Below are positions 19,461 through 28,367 of a DNA stretch of 42,909 nucleotides, one piece after another. Source of the DNA: Gammaproteobacteria bacterium. GTDB taxonomy: Bacteria > Pseudomonadota > Gammaproteobacteria > GCA-001735895. The stretch is from the NCBI GenBank assembly GCA_029864185.1, contig JAOTTY010000003.1, positions 1-42,909 of the forward strand, written 5' to 3'. The notes under the pieces are model-generated. The model searched no databases and was not told the origin of the DNA. It saw nothing but the letters and a program-made list of their open reading frames with translations. The position numbers were made by a program, and so were the translations under genes. The number at the start of each line of letters is the position of its first letter. Positions within the stretch are counted from its first letter, which is position 1.

Positions 19461-19981
19461 ACGCACCGATTCCGATACTGGGTTTCAGCGCGTGGAGCGG
19501 CACCGGCAAGACCACCCTGTTGCGGCAGTTGATCCCGGCGCTCAAGGCGCGCGGCTTGCGCGTTTCGGTGATCAAGCACGCGCACCATCATTTCGATCTG
19601 GACTTTCCTGGCAAGGACAGCTACGAGCTGCGCAAGGCCGGGGCCGAACAGACCGTCATCTGCACCACCACGCGCATGGCGACGATTACCGAGTTCGATA
19701 CACCCGGCGACGAGCCGAGTTTGCAACAAATCATCGCGTCGCTCGACACCCAACGCGTCGACATGATCCTGGTGGAAGGCTACAAGGATATTCGCTTCCC
19801 CAAGGTCGAGCTGCACCGCAAGGCGCTCGGTAAACCCTATATGTACCCGAAAGACGACGCCATAATCGCCATCGCCTGCGATGCCGCGCTACCCGACGAC
19901 TCCCGCATCCCGGTGCTCGATATCAACGACATCGAGGCCGTTGCGAATTTTATCTTTGACGAGTTCTACGCCAAAAGCTGA
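19457..19981 (+). CDS. mobB: Molybdopterin-guanine dinucleotide biosynthesis protein B
   Basis: P-loop AWSGTGKTT, IKHAHH, GKDSY, LVEGYK, PKVEL. Confidence 0.95.
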   Translation: MNAPIPILGFSAWSGTGKTTLLRQLIPALKARGLRVSVIKHAHHHFDLDFPGKDSYELRKAGAEQTVICTTTRMATITEFDTPGDEPSLQQIIASLDTQRVDMILVEGYKDIRFPKVELHRKALGKPYMYPKDDAIIAIACDAALPDDSRIPVLDINDIEAVANFIFDEFYAKS

Positions 19982-20074
19982 TCCTCGGGTTGCAGCAGGA
20001 GACGAGGTTTACGAGGCACGGTCGCGAGTCGCCCGTTAAGCCTCACTTCTGACGCATCGAGGCAATCCTCCGGT

Positions 20075-20332
20075 TTATTCTTCAAACGGCAGTGCCGGCT
20101 TGCTTGTCGCGTGTTCGCCCAGGAATTCGACAAGATGACGCACGCCGGGCGTAATGCCGCACTCGGCCAAGTAATCCGGGATAAATTAGCGGGCCAGCCC
20201 GATTTCCTCGTCGAGCCGTAGCGACGCCTCGCGCGCCACCGCGGTGGCCAGTTCGCGGCAACGGTCGTCGGGATCGAAAAGGTAACCCTCCTCGTCGCAA
20301 AGCGCCGCCGTAATTTTTGCAGTCGTATGATT
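20075..20332 (-). pseudogene. Degenerate DsrC/TusE-family (sulfur relay-like) gene remnant
   Basis: Manual translation: NHTTAKITAALCDEEGYLFDPDDRCRELATAVAREASLRLDEEIGLAR*FIPDYLAECGITPGVRHLVEFLGEH... This matches the DxEGYLxDPxxW...A...L...F.R.Y....P..R pattern. There is an internal TAA at 20186-20188, no ATG, and no C-terminal Cys arm. Confidence 0.62.
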
Positions 20333-21553
20333 TCAGCCGGGACGGCCGTCAACCCGCGCGCGGCACAGAATCGGCGCGTAGACGACGAGAAATATAAGAA
20401 ACGCGAGGCACCACAGCAGCGCGCCGAGAACCGACCAGGTCAACAATGCCGATGGCAGCAGCATCGGACCGAACACGCGCAGCAGCGCGGCTCCGGTAAC
20501 CAGTAAATAAGCGGCTATCATCCCGCGAGGTGCTACCAGCGCTCGCCCGGTGTGTCCGAGCGCGGCGCGGCTCATGACGCCCATGATCATCGTCGAGAAG
20601 GCGCCGACGGTCAGCGCGTGCAGCCAGCTGGCGCCAGGCATCGTCACGACCGTCAAGCCGAGCGCCTTGATGGCGAGACTGACCGGCAGCCACGCGTAGC
20701 CAGCATGCAGCACCCAGACCAGTGGATTCCGCAGTGCCCTGTGACCCTGCCAGCGGCCCAGCTGGGTAGACATCAGCACCGCCGCGATGGCCGCGATGGC
20801 CGCGGCAAACAGGCTTTCGGGCAGCAGCAGATCGACGACGAGTACACCGCCGACAACGGGCAATACCATCTTGTCCAGCAACTGATAGCGCCTGATCCGA
20901 ATATCGAGTCCACCCTCCTTGAGGCCGGCCGACGTGAATGCGGGGACGATGCGCCCACCGAGCATCGCCAGCATGCAAAGCATGGTGTTCATCCCCAGCA
21001 ACAAGGGACCGGTGACGGCAGCGCCACTTAGATGAAAATGCAGGTTGGACGCAAACAACAGCGCAAGCAGGCCGATGAATACCAGGTTACGGCGGTTACC
21101 GGAACGCAGCATTGCCGGCAGGATCGTCAGCCCGAGGGCTGGTACGAATGCAAGGTCAATTATCGCTATCCACAGGGCGGGCAGACCCAGCGTTACCGTC
21201 GTCGCCACGCGGCCCGCGACCCACAACAACAGCAGTCCGACCAGGGGCGCACCGGCGTACCCGCGACGGCCGGTCCAGCTCGGAACCGCGGTCAGCAGGA
21301 AACCGGCGACCGCAGCGGCGATGAAACCGTAGAGCATTTCGTGGGCATGCCAGACGTAGGCGGGTAATGCCGTCTGCGGCAACTCGAGCCCGTGCAGCAG
21401 GCCGATCCAAAACGGTATCGCGACCGCAGCATAAATGCCGGTAACCAGGAAAAAAGGCCGAAAACCGTATGCGAAAATGACGGGGTAGCCCAGGGCCTGT
21501 GGACTCGGATCAGGCTCGATGGAAGCAGGCTGCGGTGGTGGCGATGATTTCAT
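20333..21553 (-). CDS. nnrS: NnrS-family heme-copper membrane protein (NO response)
   Basis: GFRPFFL, WHAHEMLYGF, GFLLTAVPSWTG, GGRIVPAFT, LHAGY, LHALTVG, SRAALGHTGR, RVDGRPG. Confidence 0.95.
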   Translation of the reverse strand: MKSSPPPQPASIEPDPSPQALGYPVIFAYGFRPFFLVTGIYAAVAIPFWIGLLHGLELPQTALPAYVWHAHEMLYGFIAAAVAGFLLTAVPSWTGRRGYAGAPLVGLLLLWVAGRVATTVTLGLPALWIAIIDLAFVPALGLTILPAMLRSGNRRNLVFIGLLALLFASNLHFHLSGAAVTGPLLLGMNTMLCMLAMLGGRIVPAFTSAGLKEGGLDIRIRRYQLLDKMVLPVVGGVLVVDLLLPESLFAAAIAAIAAVLMSTQLGRWQGHRALRNPLVWVLHAGYAWLPVSLAIKALGLTVVTMPGASWLHALTVGAFSTMIMGVMSRAALGHTGRALVAPRGMIAAYLLVTGAALLRVFGPMLLPSALLTWSVLGALLWCLAFLIFLVVYAPILCRARVDGRPG

Positions 21554-21599
21554 CTCCCGGAGGAACGTCGGAATTTCACTGGACTAGGATAGTAAAACC

Positions 21600-21641
21600 A
21601 GCATAACCAGGCCCGCGGGTTGCGCAAATGACTAATGTCAA
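21600..21641 (-). promoter_or_regulatory. FNR/DNR/NnrR-type class II promoter of nnrS
   Basis: Minus strand TTGAC-ATTA-GTCAT (21641-21628) and -10 TATGCT (21605-21600). This places the box centre at about -41.5. Confidence 0.65.
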
Positions 21642-21683
21642 ACGGCTAAATATGGCTGCAGTTGACTTAACTCGGCCTTTATT

Positions 21684-21704
21684 CGGGGACAGTTTACTTA
21701 ATTC
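21684..21704. repeat. Single REP-like GGGGACAGTTTACTTAATTC copy
   Basis: CGGGGACAGTTTACTTAATTC, identical to the copy at 2622-2642. Confidence 0.85.
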
Positions 21705-21803
21705 GAACCAGACCCTGCCCGAGTAAGCGATATCCCCCCATTTTTGAGCCGGCTGCCGATGCGCTTCTTTATCTCTGCTGATATTTCCCGAGAACAGCAG
21801 CGG

Positions 21804-22217
21804 TTAGTAGAAAAATATCGCGCAGCTTCCGTAAACGAGGTTGGTTGTTACCGAGGCGAAAATACAGATCAGAAACAACGCGGCGACCAATTTGTCCATC
21901 CTCGTTTCGTCGAAATCGCCGCCGAGCAGATGGTCAGCCAGGTATTTTACATAACCGCCGCTGCGGCTATCCAGCCCCAGTTCCCTGCGAACGCCCCACT
22001 GGATATCGGTAACCAGGCAGTAGCCCCAGGCATCGCCTTTTCCGAGCAGTGGACCCAGCCCGTACCACGAGATCAGGGTCAACGCCAAGCCCACCAGGTT
22101 CAGCATCCTTGTCTCGCAAAACATCCATCCCGCCAGACTAAACAGGATAAGAAACTGGTGAATTCCATGCAGCGAAAGATTGAGCGCCTGCAGAACAAAC
22201 CTGCGCATAACTGTCAT
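21804..22217 (-). CDS. DUF2784-like small membrane protein
   Basis: Hydrophobic helices with H..F...GW, GYCLVTDIQW and GYVKY pattern. Start uncertain (22217 or 22244). Confidence 0.65.
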   Translation of the reverse strand: MTVMRRFVLQALNLSLHGIHQFLILFSLAGWMFCETRMLNLVGLALTLISWYGLGPLLGKGDAWGYCLVTDIQWGVRRELGLDSRSGGYVKYLADHLLGGDFDETRMDKLVAALFLICIFASVTTNLVYGSCAIFFY

Positions 22218-22257
22218 GTCTGAATGATTGCCGAACTTGATCATGACACGACTTTTT

Positions 22258-23529
22258 TCAAGCCTCCTCTGCCAACGCACTCGCCCGAATTTCGTCAGCA
22301 TGCTCGATTACGCGCCTGAAAGCGAGGACGTACTGGTCCAGCAATGCCCGATCGGCGTTCGGGAACGATGGGAGCTTGATTAATGTTTCGTTTCCAAGCC
22401 GGGTTTCGGCCAGGTCTTCGGGTCGGTATTGGGCCGGAACTACCCCGGCCGGCAATCTCGCCAGCGTCATCGCATGCCCCTCGGTAAAAAAGGGTTGCTG
22501 GTGAACCAGCGGGTAACGGGGCGACCATACTAGACATCCCTCGGCCTTCAGAGCCCTGACCAGAAGCGGCAGGGGCAGGGATAGCCGGTCGGGTCTGTAG
22601 CGGATCAGGTATTCAAAATATACCCGTTCGATGTGGGCGGGTGGCAGGAAGGTGTCAAAGCCCAGATCCTCCAGCCGTGCGGAGAGATACTTCAGATTTT
22701 CGTTACGCTTTCGATTGTGCTCGGGTAGCCGGCGTAGTTGCTCCCGGCCAAGCGCTGCGGACATTGGTGCAATACGCGTTTTGATGCCGAAGCTAGTGGC
22801 GGCGAATCGTCGCATCGGGCTCTCCAGTTCGATGATCCGGGTAATATCGCCCAGGCACACGGCGCGCTCGTAATAATCCCGGTCGCGACACAGCAATACC
22901 CCCCCTTCACCGGCCGGCGCCAACTTATCCCCCTGCAGACTGAAGACGGAGATGTCGCCCAGCGAGCCGCAGGGTTGGCCTCGCCATGAAGCGCCATGCG
23001 CGTGAGAGGCGTCCTCGATGATCTTCAGGCCGTACGTTTCGGCAATCTTTTTAATTTCCGTCATCTTGCTGGGTAATCCCCAGAGGTGAACAACGACGAT
23101 GGCGCGCGTGCGGTCGGTGATCTTGCGTTCCAGGTCTTCCGGATCGAGGCCCATTCGCTCCGGTTCGCTGTTGCAAAACACCGGCACCAGACCGTTCCAT
23201 AGCATCGGTGAAACCGAGGCCCAGAAGGTCGCGGACGGAACCAGTATTTCACCGCCGGGTTCGAGATCCAGCGCAAAAAACGCCGCGAGCAAGGCCGCGG
23301 TGCCGTTACAATGGGCGAGTGCATAGGGCATGCCGGTGAATTCCCTGTAATCGGCTTCAAGGTCACGAATTACCGGATGGGTCGACACATTACCATCGCG
23401 AATTACCTGCAGCACGGCCTGCTCGTCGTCGATCGTTAAGTTCGGCCATGAATTTGCAGCTTCCTGATCCAGGGTTACCACCGGATCACCGCCCAGAATA
23501 GCAGGTAGTTCTGTAGTTTCTTTCTGCAT
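22258..23529 (-). CDS. DegT/DnrJ/EryC1/StrS-family PLP aminotransferase
   Basis: NGTAAL, VPSATF, VHLWG, IEDASHAHGA, VFSLQGDK (PLP Lys) and GEGG. Confidence 0.93.
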   Translation of the reverse strand: MQKETTELPAILGGDPVVTLDQEAANSWPNLTIDDEQAVLQVIRDGNVSTHPVIRDLEADYREFTGMPYALAHCNGTAALLAAFFALDLEPGGEILVPSATFWASVSPMLWNGLVPVFCNSEPERMGLDPEDLERKITDRTRAIVVVHLWGLPSKMTEIKKIAETYGLKIIEDASHAHGASWRGQPCGSLGDISVFSLQGDKLAPAGEGGVLLCRDRDYYERAVCLGDITRIIELESPMRRFAATSFGIKTRIAPMSAALGREQLRRLPEHNRKRNENLKYLSARLEDLGFDTFLPPAHIERVYFEYLIRYRPDRLSLPLPLLVRALKAEGCLVWSPRYPLVHQQPFFTEGHAMTLARLPAGVVPAQYRPEDLAETRLGNETLIKLPSFPNADRALLDQYVLAFRRVIEHADEIRASALAEEA

Positions 23530-23552
23530 AGCGCCTTTACCTTTAATCTCGA

Positions 23553-25049
23553 TTAAACATTTTCGAGCACCCGGTCAAATCGATCTGCAACGCTTGCCCG
23601 ATAGGCCGCCAGATGCTGCTCTGCCTTTACCCGATTACCGCGTGCAAGCGTCAATGACATCTCGCGCAACAGCTGCAGGTTTTCATCCTCAGATCCGAGC
23701 CCTTCACGCGGCACCCATTGAGAGATGTTGGTGCGCCGCCTCAGATAATCTTCCAGCGTGTTGCAGTATTCGTGTTCCATACACCAGTCGATTGTCGGAA
23801 ATTTTTCAGCCAGCCCCGGGAAAGCGAAAGTTCTCGCGGAGGCCTGATCCGCCGGAATTTCCTCGGCACTAATTTTTTGCCGCTCGGGAAGAATTGCATC
23901 GAGCCTGCGTGCGACAGACGCCGCCAGGCTTCTACAACCGGTTATTTTGCTGCCGTATACGGATACCCAGGACTTGCCTTTATCTACCGTAATACGACTA
24001 CGGCGCGAGAGTTCCAGCGGATATTCATCCTTGTCATAACTCGCTTTGACAACCAGCGGACGAATGCCACAGCGAAGCGATACGATATCTTTTGTGGTCG
24101 CGGCTCGCCTGTAGCAGCGGCCATAGTGATGCAATAAAAAATGAATGTCTTCGGGTAAGGCGGAAAATCCTTGCTCGATATCCCGGATTGCGGTTTCCGT
24201 GGGCCCCCACAGGCCGATCGGTCCCCAGGGAATGCTGGTAATGACATCATTATGCTCTCCCATATCGAATATCATCGGGGCCAGCTGCTCGCGGTGACGC
24301 CTCATGCCGAGAATGACACCCTTGCTGAATACATGCTTGTACGGGGAAGGAATACCGAAACTGGCATTGATTCGATCGGTCCACACCCCGGCACAATTGA
24401 TTACCGCGCGCGTGCGAAAACTGATTTCCTGATTTCCGATTCGATCCCTTGCCGATAAATGCCAGGACCCATCGCCGTCGCTGAATGCGCCTTCTTCCAG
24501 TTCACAGTAATTGAGGGCAACTCCGCCAGAATTCGTGTTGCGCGTAATCCAGTGCAATACGAAGCGCGCGTCGGACTGCATGATTCGGGCTTCTTCAAAC
24601 AGCAGGGAAACGTTATCCCGGGCCAGGAGGCCTTTTTCGGGGAATTGTTTCTCGATACGGGGGCGGCCTCTTTTGAATTGACTGATCAGCCAGTACAGGT
24701 AAAGAGCCAGTGTCACGGGCGCCTTGCTGAGCAAGCCATGCTTCGCGGGCAGAAATCTGAACCAACATGGTGACACCCACTCTGCCATTTCGTGGATCAT
24801 TTTGTCACGGGACGCGGAAAAGCTGTAAACCGCAGGAAAATCCAGGCTTCCAAGGTACAGTAACCCACCCCACACCATCATCGCCGAAGCCTGACTGGTA
24901 CCGCTGCCGAAGTCAGACTTCTCGATCAGGATAACGCGACGGCCTTCGCGACAAAGCTGGTTATAAAGGCAGGCGCCGTTGATTCCGCCGCCAATGATGG
25001 CTACATCAAAAATCCCTGATGTGGCCGCGTCTTTGTTTTCTTCCCGCAT
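23553..25049 (-). CDS. FAD-dependent oxidoreductase, divergent glycerol-3-phosphate dehydrogenase (GlpD/DAO) family
   Basis: IIGGGING, EKSDFGSGTSQAS..VWGGLLYL, SDAR, VINCAGVWTD, SKG, GIRPL, LEDYLRRRT. Start at MREENK. Confidence 0.85.
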   Translation of the reverse strand: MREENKDAATSGIFDVAIIGGGINGACLYNQLCREGRRVILIEKSDFGSGTSQASAMMVWGGLLYLGSLDFPAVYSFSASRDKMIHEMAEWVSPCWFRFLPAKHGLLSKAPVTLALYLYWLISQFKRGRPRIEKQFPEKGLLARDNVSLLFEEARIMQSDARFVLHWITRNTNSGGVALNYCELEEGAFSDGDGSWHLSARDRIGNQEISFRTRAVINCAGVWTDRINASFGIPSPYKHVFSKGVILGMRRHREQLAPMIFDMGEHNDVITSIPWGPIGLWGPTETAIRDIEQGFSALPEDIHFLLHHYGRCYRRAATTKDIVSLRCGIRPLVVKASYDKDEYPLELSRRSRITVDKGKSWVSVYGSKITGCRSLAASVARRLDAILPERQKISAEEIPADQASARTFAFPGLAEKFPTIDWCMEHEYCNTLEDYLRRRTNISQWVPREGLGSEDENLQLLREMSLTLARGNRVKAEQHLAAYRASVADRFDRVLENV

Positions 25050-25517
25050 TGCCAATCGAGCCCACTGCCAAATCATCCCTCTCGGATGAAAGTCATCTGC
25101 AATATTTGCTGACGTCCTGTCATCACCCGTATCTTTTACAATTTGGTCGGTTTTATTTACCGAAACTCTGCCGCCTTGATCCGCTGTATCTCCAGGTTCG
25201 GAGACTCACACAGGTCTCGGTCAAAGTCCCTGTCTGATAAGTTTCGACCACCTCTTAAGTCAATGACAATCCCAAAACCCAATAAAAACATTACATCAGG
25301 TTTTACCAGGGATAAACTGACATACATCAAATTCGAACTCTCTGGGCCAGATGAACCTGCGGCCTTGAAATGCGTTCGAATTTCCAGCGAAATATCCGAT
25401 CGCGGCGGAAGTATGATAGCTCGCGCCAGCGCCACTGCTGTTCTGGCAGGTTTGCCACGCCTGGTTTGCAAGCGTCGGCAAATCCTTGCCGTTTCTTACA
25501 ATGGGAGGCTTTCCAGG

Positions 25518-26486
25518 TTAATCGAGCGGATGGAAACAGGCGACTTCGACCGAGCCCCTGGAAACCAGCGGTGGCTCGGATTTACTGCAATCCGCCTGCG
25601 CGTTCGCACAGCGCGGGGCAAACGCGCAGCCCGGCGGCGGGGACAGCGGCGATGGAGGTTCGCCGACCAGACGGATGCGCTGCCGGCGCCTCCTCGGATC
25701 GGCGACCGGCGTAGCGGAAAACAGCGCCTTGGTATAGTGATGCCTCGGATTCTCGAAAATTTTGTCGGCCGGCCCGACTTCGATCGGCTTGCCGAAATAC
25801 ATCACCATAATGTCGTCGGCGATACGCCGCACCACCGATAAATCGTGCGATATAAATATGTACGCGAGGCCGAACTCATCCTGCAGATCGCTCAACAAAT
25901 TCAAAATCTGCGCGCGGATCGACAAATCGAGCGCCGACACCGGCTCGTCGAGGATCAGTATCTTCGGATTCAGCATCAACGCGCGCGCGATCGCGATGCG
26001 CTGCCGCTGACCGCCGGAAAACATGTGTGGGTAACGGTCCGCGTGCTCGGGCCGTAGACCGACCTTGGCGATCATTTCTTCCGCCGCGGCGCGGCGTTGC
26101 GTGATATCGAGATCGGTATTCAGTTTGAGCGGCTCTTCCAGCATCGTCGCCACGGTCTTGCGCGGGTTCAGCGATCCGTAGGGATTCTGAAACACGATCT
26201 GTACGTGACGGCGCAGCTCGTCGGGCGGCTTGCCGCCGACCAGCGCGATTTCGTTGCCCTCGATTTCGAGGGTGCCGCTGGTAGGCGACTCAATCATCGT
26301 CAACACCCGCGCCAGCGTCGATTTTCCGCAGCCGCTCTCGCCCACGATGGCCAGGGTCTCTCCCGGAAAAACATCGAAAGAGGCGCCGTTCAACGCCTTG
26401 ACCGTGGCGTTCGGCTTGAACGCCCCGCGGTTCACCGCGTAGTAACGGGTCAGGTTACGCGCCCGCAGGATCGCCTGTTTACTCAT
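25518..26486 (-). CDS. dppF: Dipeptide ABC transporter ATP-binding subunit
   Basis: GESGCGKST, VFQNPYGSLNP, YPHMFSGGQRQR, DEPVSALD, C-terminal Cys-containing oligopeptide domain. Confidence 0.93.
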   Translation of the reverse strand: MSKQAILRARNLTRYYAVNRGAFKPNATVKALNGASFDVFPGETLAIVGESGCGKSTLARVLTMIESPTSGTLEIEGNEIALVGGKPPDELRRHVQIVFQNPYGSLNPRKTVATMLEEPLKLNTDLDITQRRAAAEEMIAKVGLRPEHADRYPHMFSGGQRQRIAIARALMLNPKILILDEPVSALDLSIRAQILNLLSDLQDEFGLAYIFISHDLSVVRRIADDIMVMYFGKPIEVGPADKIFENPRHHYTKALFSATPVADPRRRRQRIRLVGEPPSPLSPPPGCAFAPRCANAQADCSKSEPPLVSRGSVEVACFHPLD

Positions 26487-27462
26487 GCGCCTGCTCCGGC
26501 GAATGGGTCAGCGGGTAATGGCACAGAGTCAGGGCCCTGTCGGCGGCTGCGGCCACCGGCGGAGTGGTGCGGCAAAGATCGTCCGCAAACTTGCAACGGG
26601 GATTGAACAGGCAGCCCTGCGGCCGGTCGAACTGGCCCGGCACCACGCCGGGTATGGTTGGCAGGCGCTGGTCCCTGCGCGCCCTCTCCGGTAACGCAGA
26701 CAGCAGCGCGGCGGTGTAGGGATGATGCGGGTGCTCGAACAATTCCAGCACCGGCTGCATTTCGACCTGCTGCCCCGCGTATTGCACCGCAACCCGGTGA
26801 GCAGTCTCCGCGACCACCCCCATGTCATGGGTAATCAGGATCAGGCCCATGTCATGGGACGATTGCAAATCGAGCAGCAATTCCAGTATCTGCGCCTGGA
26901 TCGTCACGTCGAGCGCGGTGCTCGGTTCGTCCGCTATCAACAGCCGCGGCGAGCAGGCTATCGCCATCGCGATCATGACGCGCTGGCTCATGCCGCCCGA
27001 CATTTGGTGCGGATAATTGTGATAGCGTTTCTGCGGGTCCGGGATGCCCACCTGCTCGAGCAGTTCCAGCGCGAGCTGCTTGCGTTGCTGCTTGTCCTTG
27101 TCGGTATGGAAACGGATCATTTCGTCGATCTGGGCGCCGACGGTGAAACAGGGGTTGAGACTGGTCATCGGCTCCTGGAAAATCATCGACATCGAGCCGC
27201 CGTTCAGTTCACGGCGCGCCTTCGGCTCCAGCGAGTTCAAATCGACGCCGTCGAACAGCAGCTCGTCGGCGGTGATTTCCGCGGTCCAGGGCAGCAGGCC
27301 CATGACGGCCAGCATAGCCACCGACTTGCCGCTGCCGGATTCTCCGACGATCGCCAGTACCTCGCCGTGCTCGACATCGAGCGACACGTTTTCCACCGCG
27401 GTAAACAGGCCATGCGCGGTCTTGAAGCGCACACTCAGGTTTCTGATCGACAACAATGACAT
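26479..27462 (-). CDS. dppD: Dipeptide ABC transporter ATP-binding subunit
   Basis: [39 protein letters not shown]. Start at MSLLSIRN overlaps the dppC stop (TGATG). Confidence 0.93.
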   Translation of the reverse strand: MSLLSIRNLSVRFKTAHGLFTAVENVSLDVEHGEVLAIVGESGSGKSVAMLAVMGLLPWTAEITADELLFDGVDLNSLEPKARRELNGGSMSMIFQEPMTSLNPCFTVGAQIDEMIRFHTDKDKQQRKQLALELLEQVGIPDPQKRYHNYPHQMSGGMSQRVMIAMAIACSPRLLIADEPSTALDVTIQAQILELLLDLQSSHDMGLILITHDMGVVAETAHRVAVQYAGQQVEMQPVLELFEHPHHPYTAALLSALPERARRDQRLPTIPGVVPGQFDRPQGCLFNPRCKFADDLCRTTPPVAAAADRALTLCHYPLTHSPEQAHE

Positions 27463-28364
27463 CAGGAACGCTTCATCTTCGGATCGAGCGCATCGCGCAG
27501 GCCGTCGCCCATCAGGTTTATCGACAATACCGTCAGCAGAATCGCGAGGCCCGGGAAAGTCACCACCCACCAGGCGCGCAGGATAAATTCGCGCGCCTCG
27601 GCCAGCATCGCGCCCCATTCCGGCGTCGGCGGCTGTGCGCCCATGCCGAGAAAACCCAGCGCCGCCGCATCGAGTATCGCGTTCGAAAATGACAGGGTTC
27701 CCTGCACGATCAATGGCGCCATGCAATTCGGCAGGATGGTGTTGATCATCAACCGCAGGTGGCCCGCGCCGGCCAGGCGGCTGGCGATCACGTATTCCTT
27801 GTTTTTCTCGGACATCACGCTGGAACGGGTAAGGCGAACGAAATGCGGTAGCAGCACGATCGCGATCGCGATCATCGCGTTGATCAGCGCGGGTCCGAGG
27901 ATGGCGACCAGGCCCAGCGCCAGCAACAGGCTCGGAAACGCCAGGATCACATCCATGATGCGCATGATGACGGTTTCGATGCGCCCGCGAAAATAGCCGG
28001 CGATCAATCCCAGCATGACACCGGCGCTCATCGACAGCGTGACGACCATGGCGCCGATGAACATCGAGAAACGCGCGCCGTGAATGATACGTGACAACAG
28101 GTCGCGACCGACCGCGTCGGTGCCGATGATGTAATCCCAGCTGCCGCCTTCCTGCCAGACCGGTGGCTGCAGCAGCGCGTCGCGGTTTTGCTGGGTGGGA
28201 TCCCAGGGCGAAATCAGGTCGGCAAAAATGGCGCAGAACAGCACCAGCAGGATGAAATACAGGCCGGCCACCGCGCCCGGATTTTCGCGAAAATAACGCC
28301 AGAACTCGAACAGGCTATGCCTGAAGGTTCCAATTTGTGCAGTCGAAATAACCGGTTCCGCCAT
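27462..28364 (-). CDS. dppC: Dipeptide ABC transporter permease
   Basis: GTDAVGRDLLSR, EYVIASRLAGA, PPTPEWG, GDGLRDALDP. Confidence 0.93.
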   Translation of the reverse strand: MAEPVISTAQIGTFRHSLFEFWRYFRENPGAVAGLYFILLVLFCAIFADLISPWDPTQQNRDALLQPPVWQEGGSWDYIIGTDAVGRDLLSRIIHGARFSMFIGAMVVTLSMSAGVMLGLIAGYFRGRIETVIMRIMDVILAFPSLLLALGLVAILGPALINAMIAIAIVLLPHFVRLTRSSVMSEKNKEYVIASRLAGAGHLRLMINTILPNCMAPLIVQGTLSFSNAILDAAALGFLGMGAQPPTPEWGAMLAEAREFILRAWWVVTFPGLAILLTVLSINLMGDGLRDALDPKMKRS

Positions 28365-28367
28365 GTG

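Noticed and set aside
19966-20352. 128-aa minus-strand ORF after nnrS
   Set aside because: It has no recognisable features. The DsrC-like signal lies in a different frame of the same DNA.
25157-25471. 104-aa minus-strand ORF (and 232-aa plus-strand ORF 25143..25841) upstream of the GlpD-like gene
   Set aside because: No convincing start, RBS or family motif. It may be an eroded gene in the AT-rich insert, but cannot be supported without a homology search.
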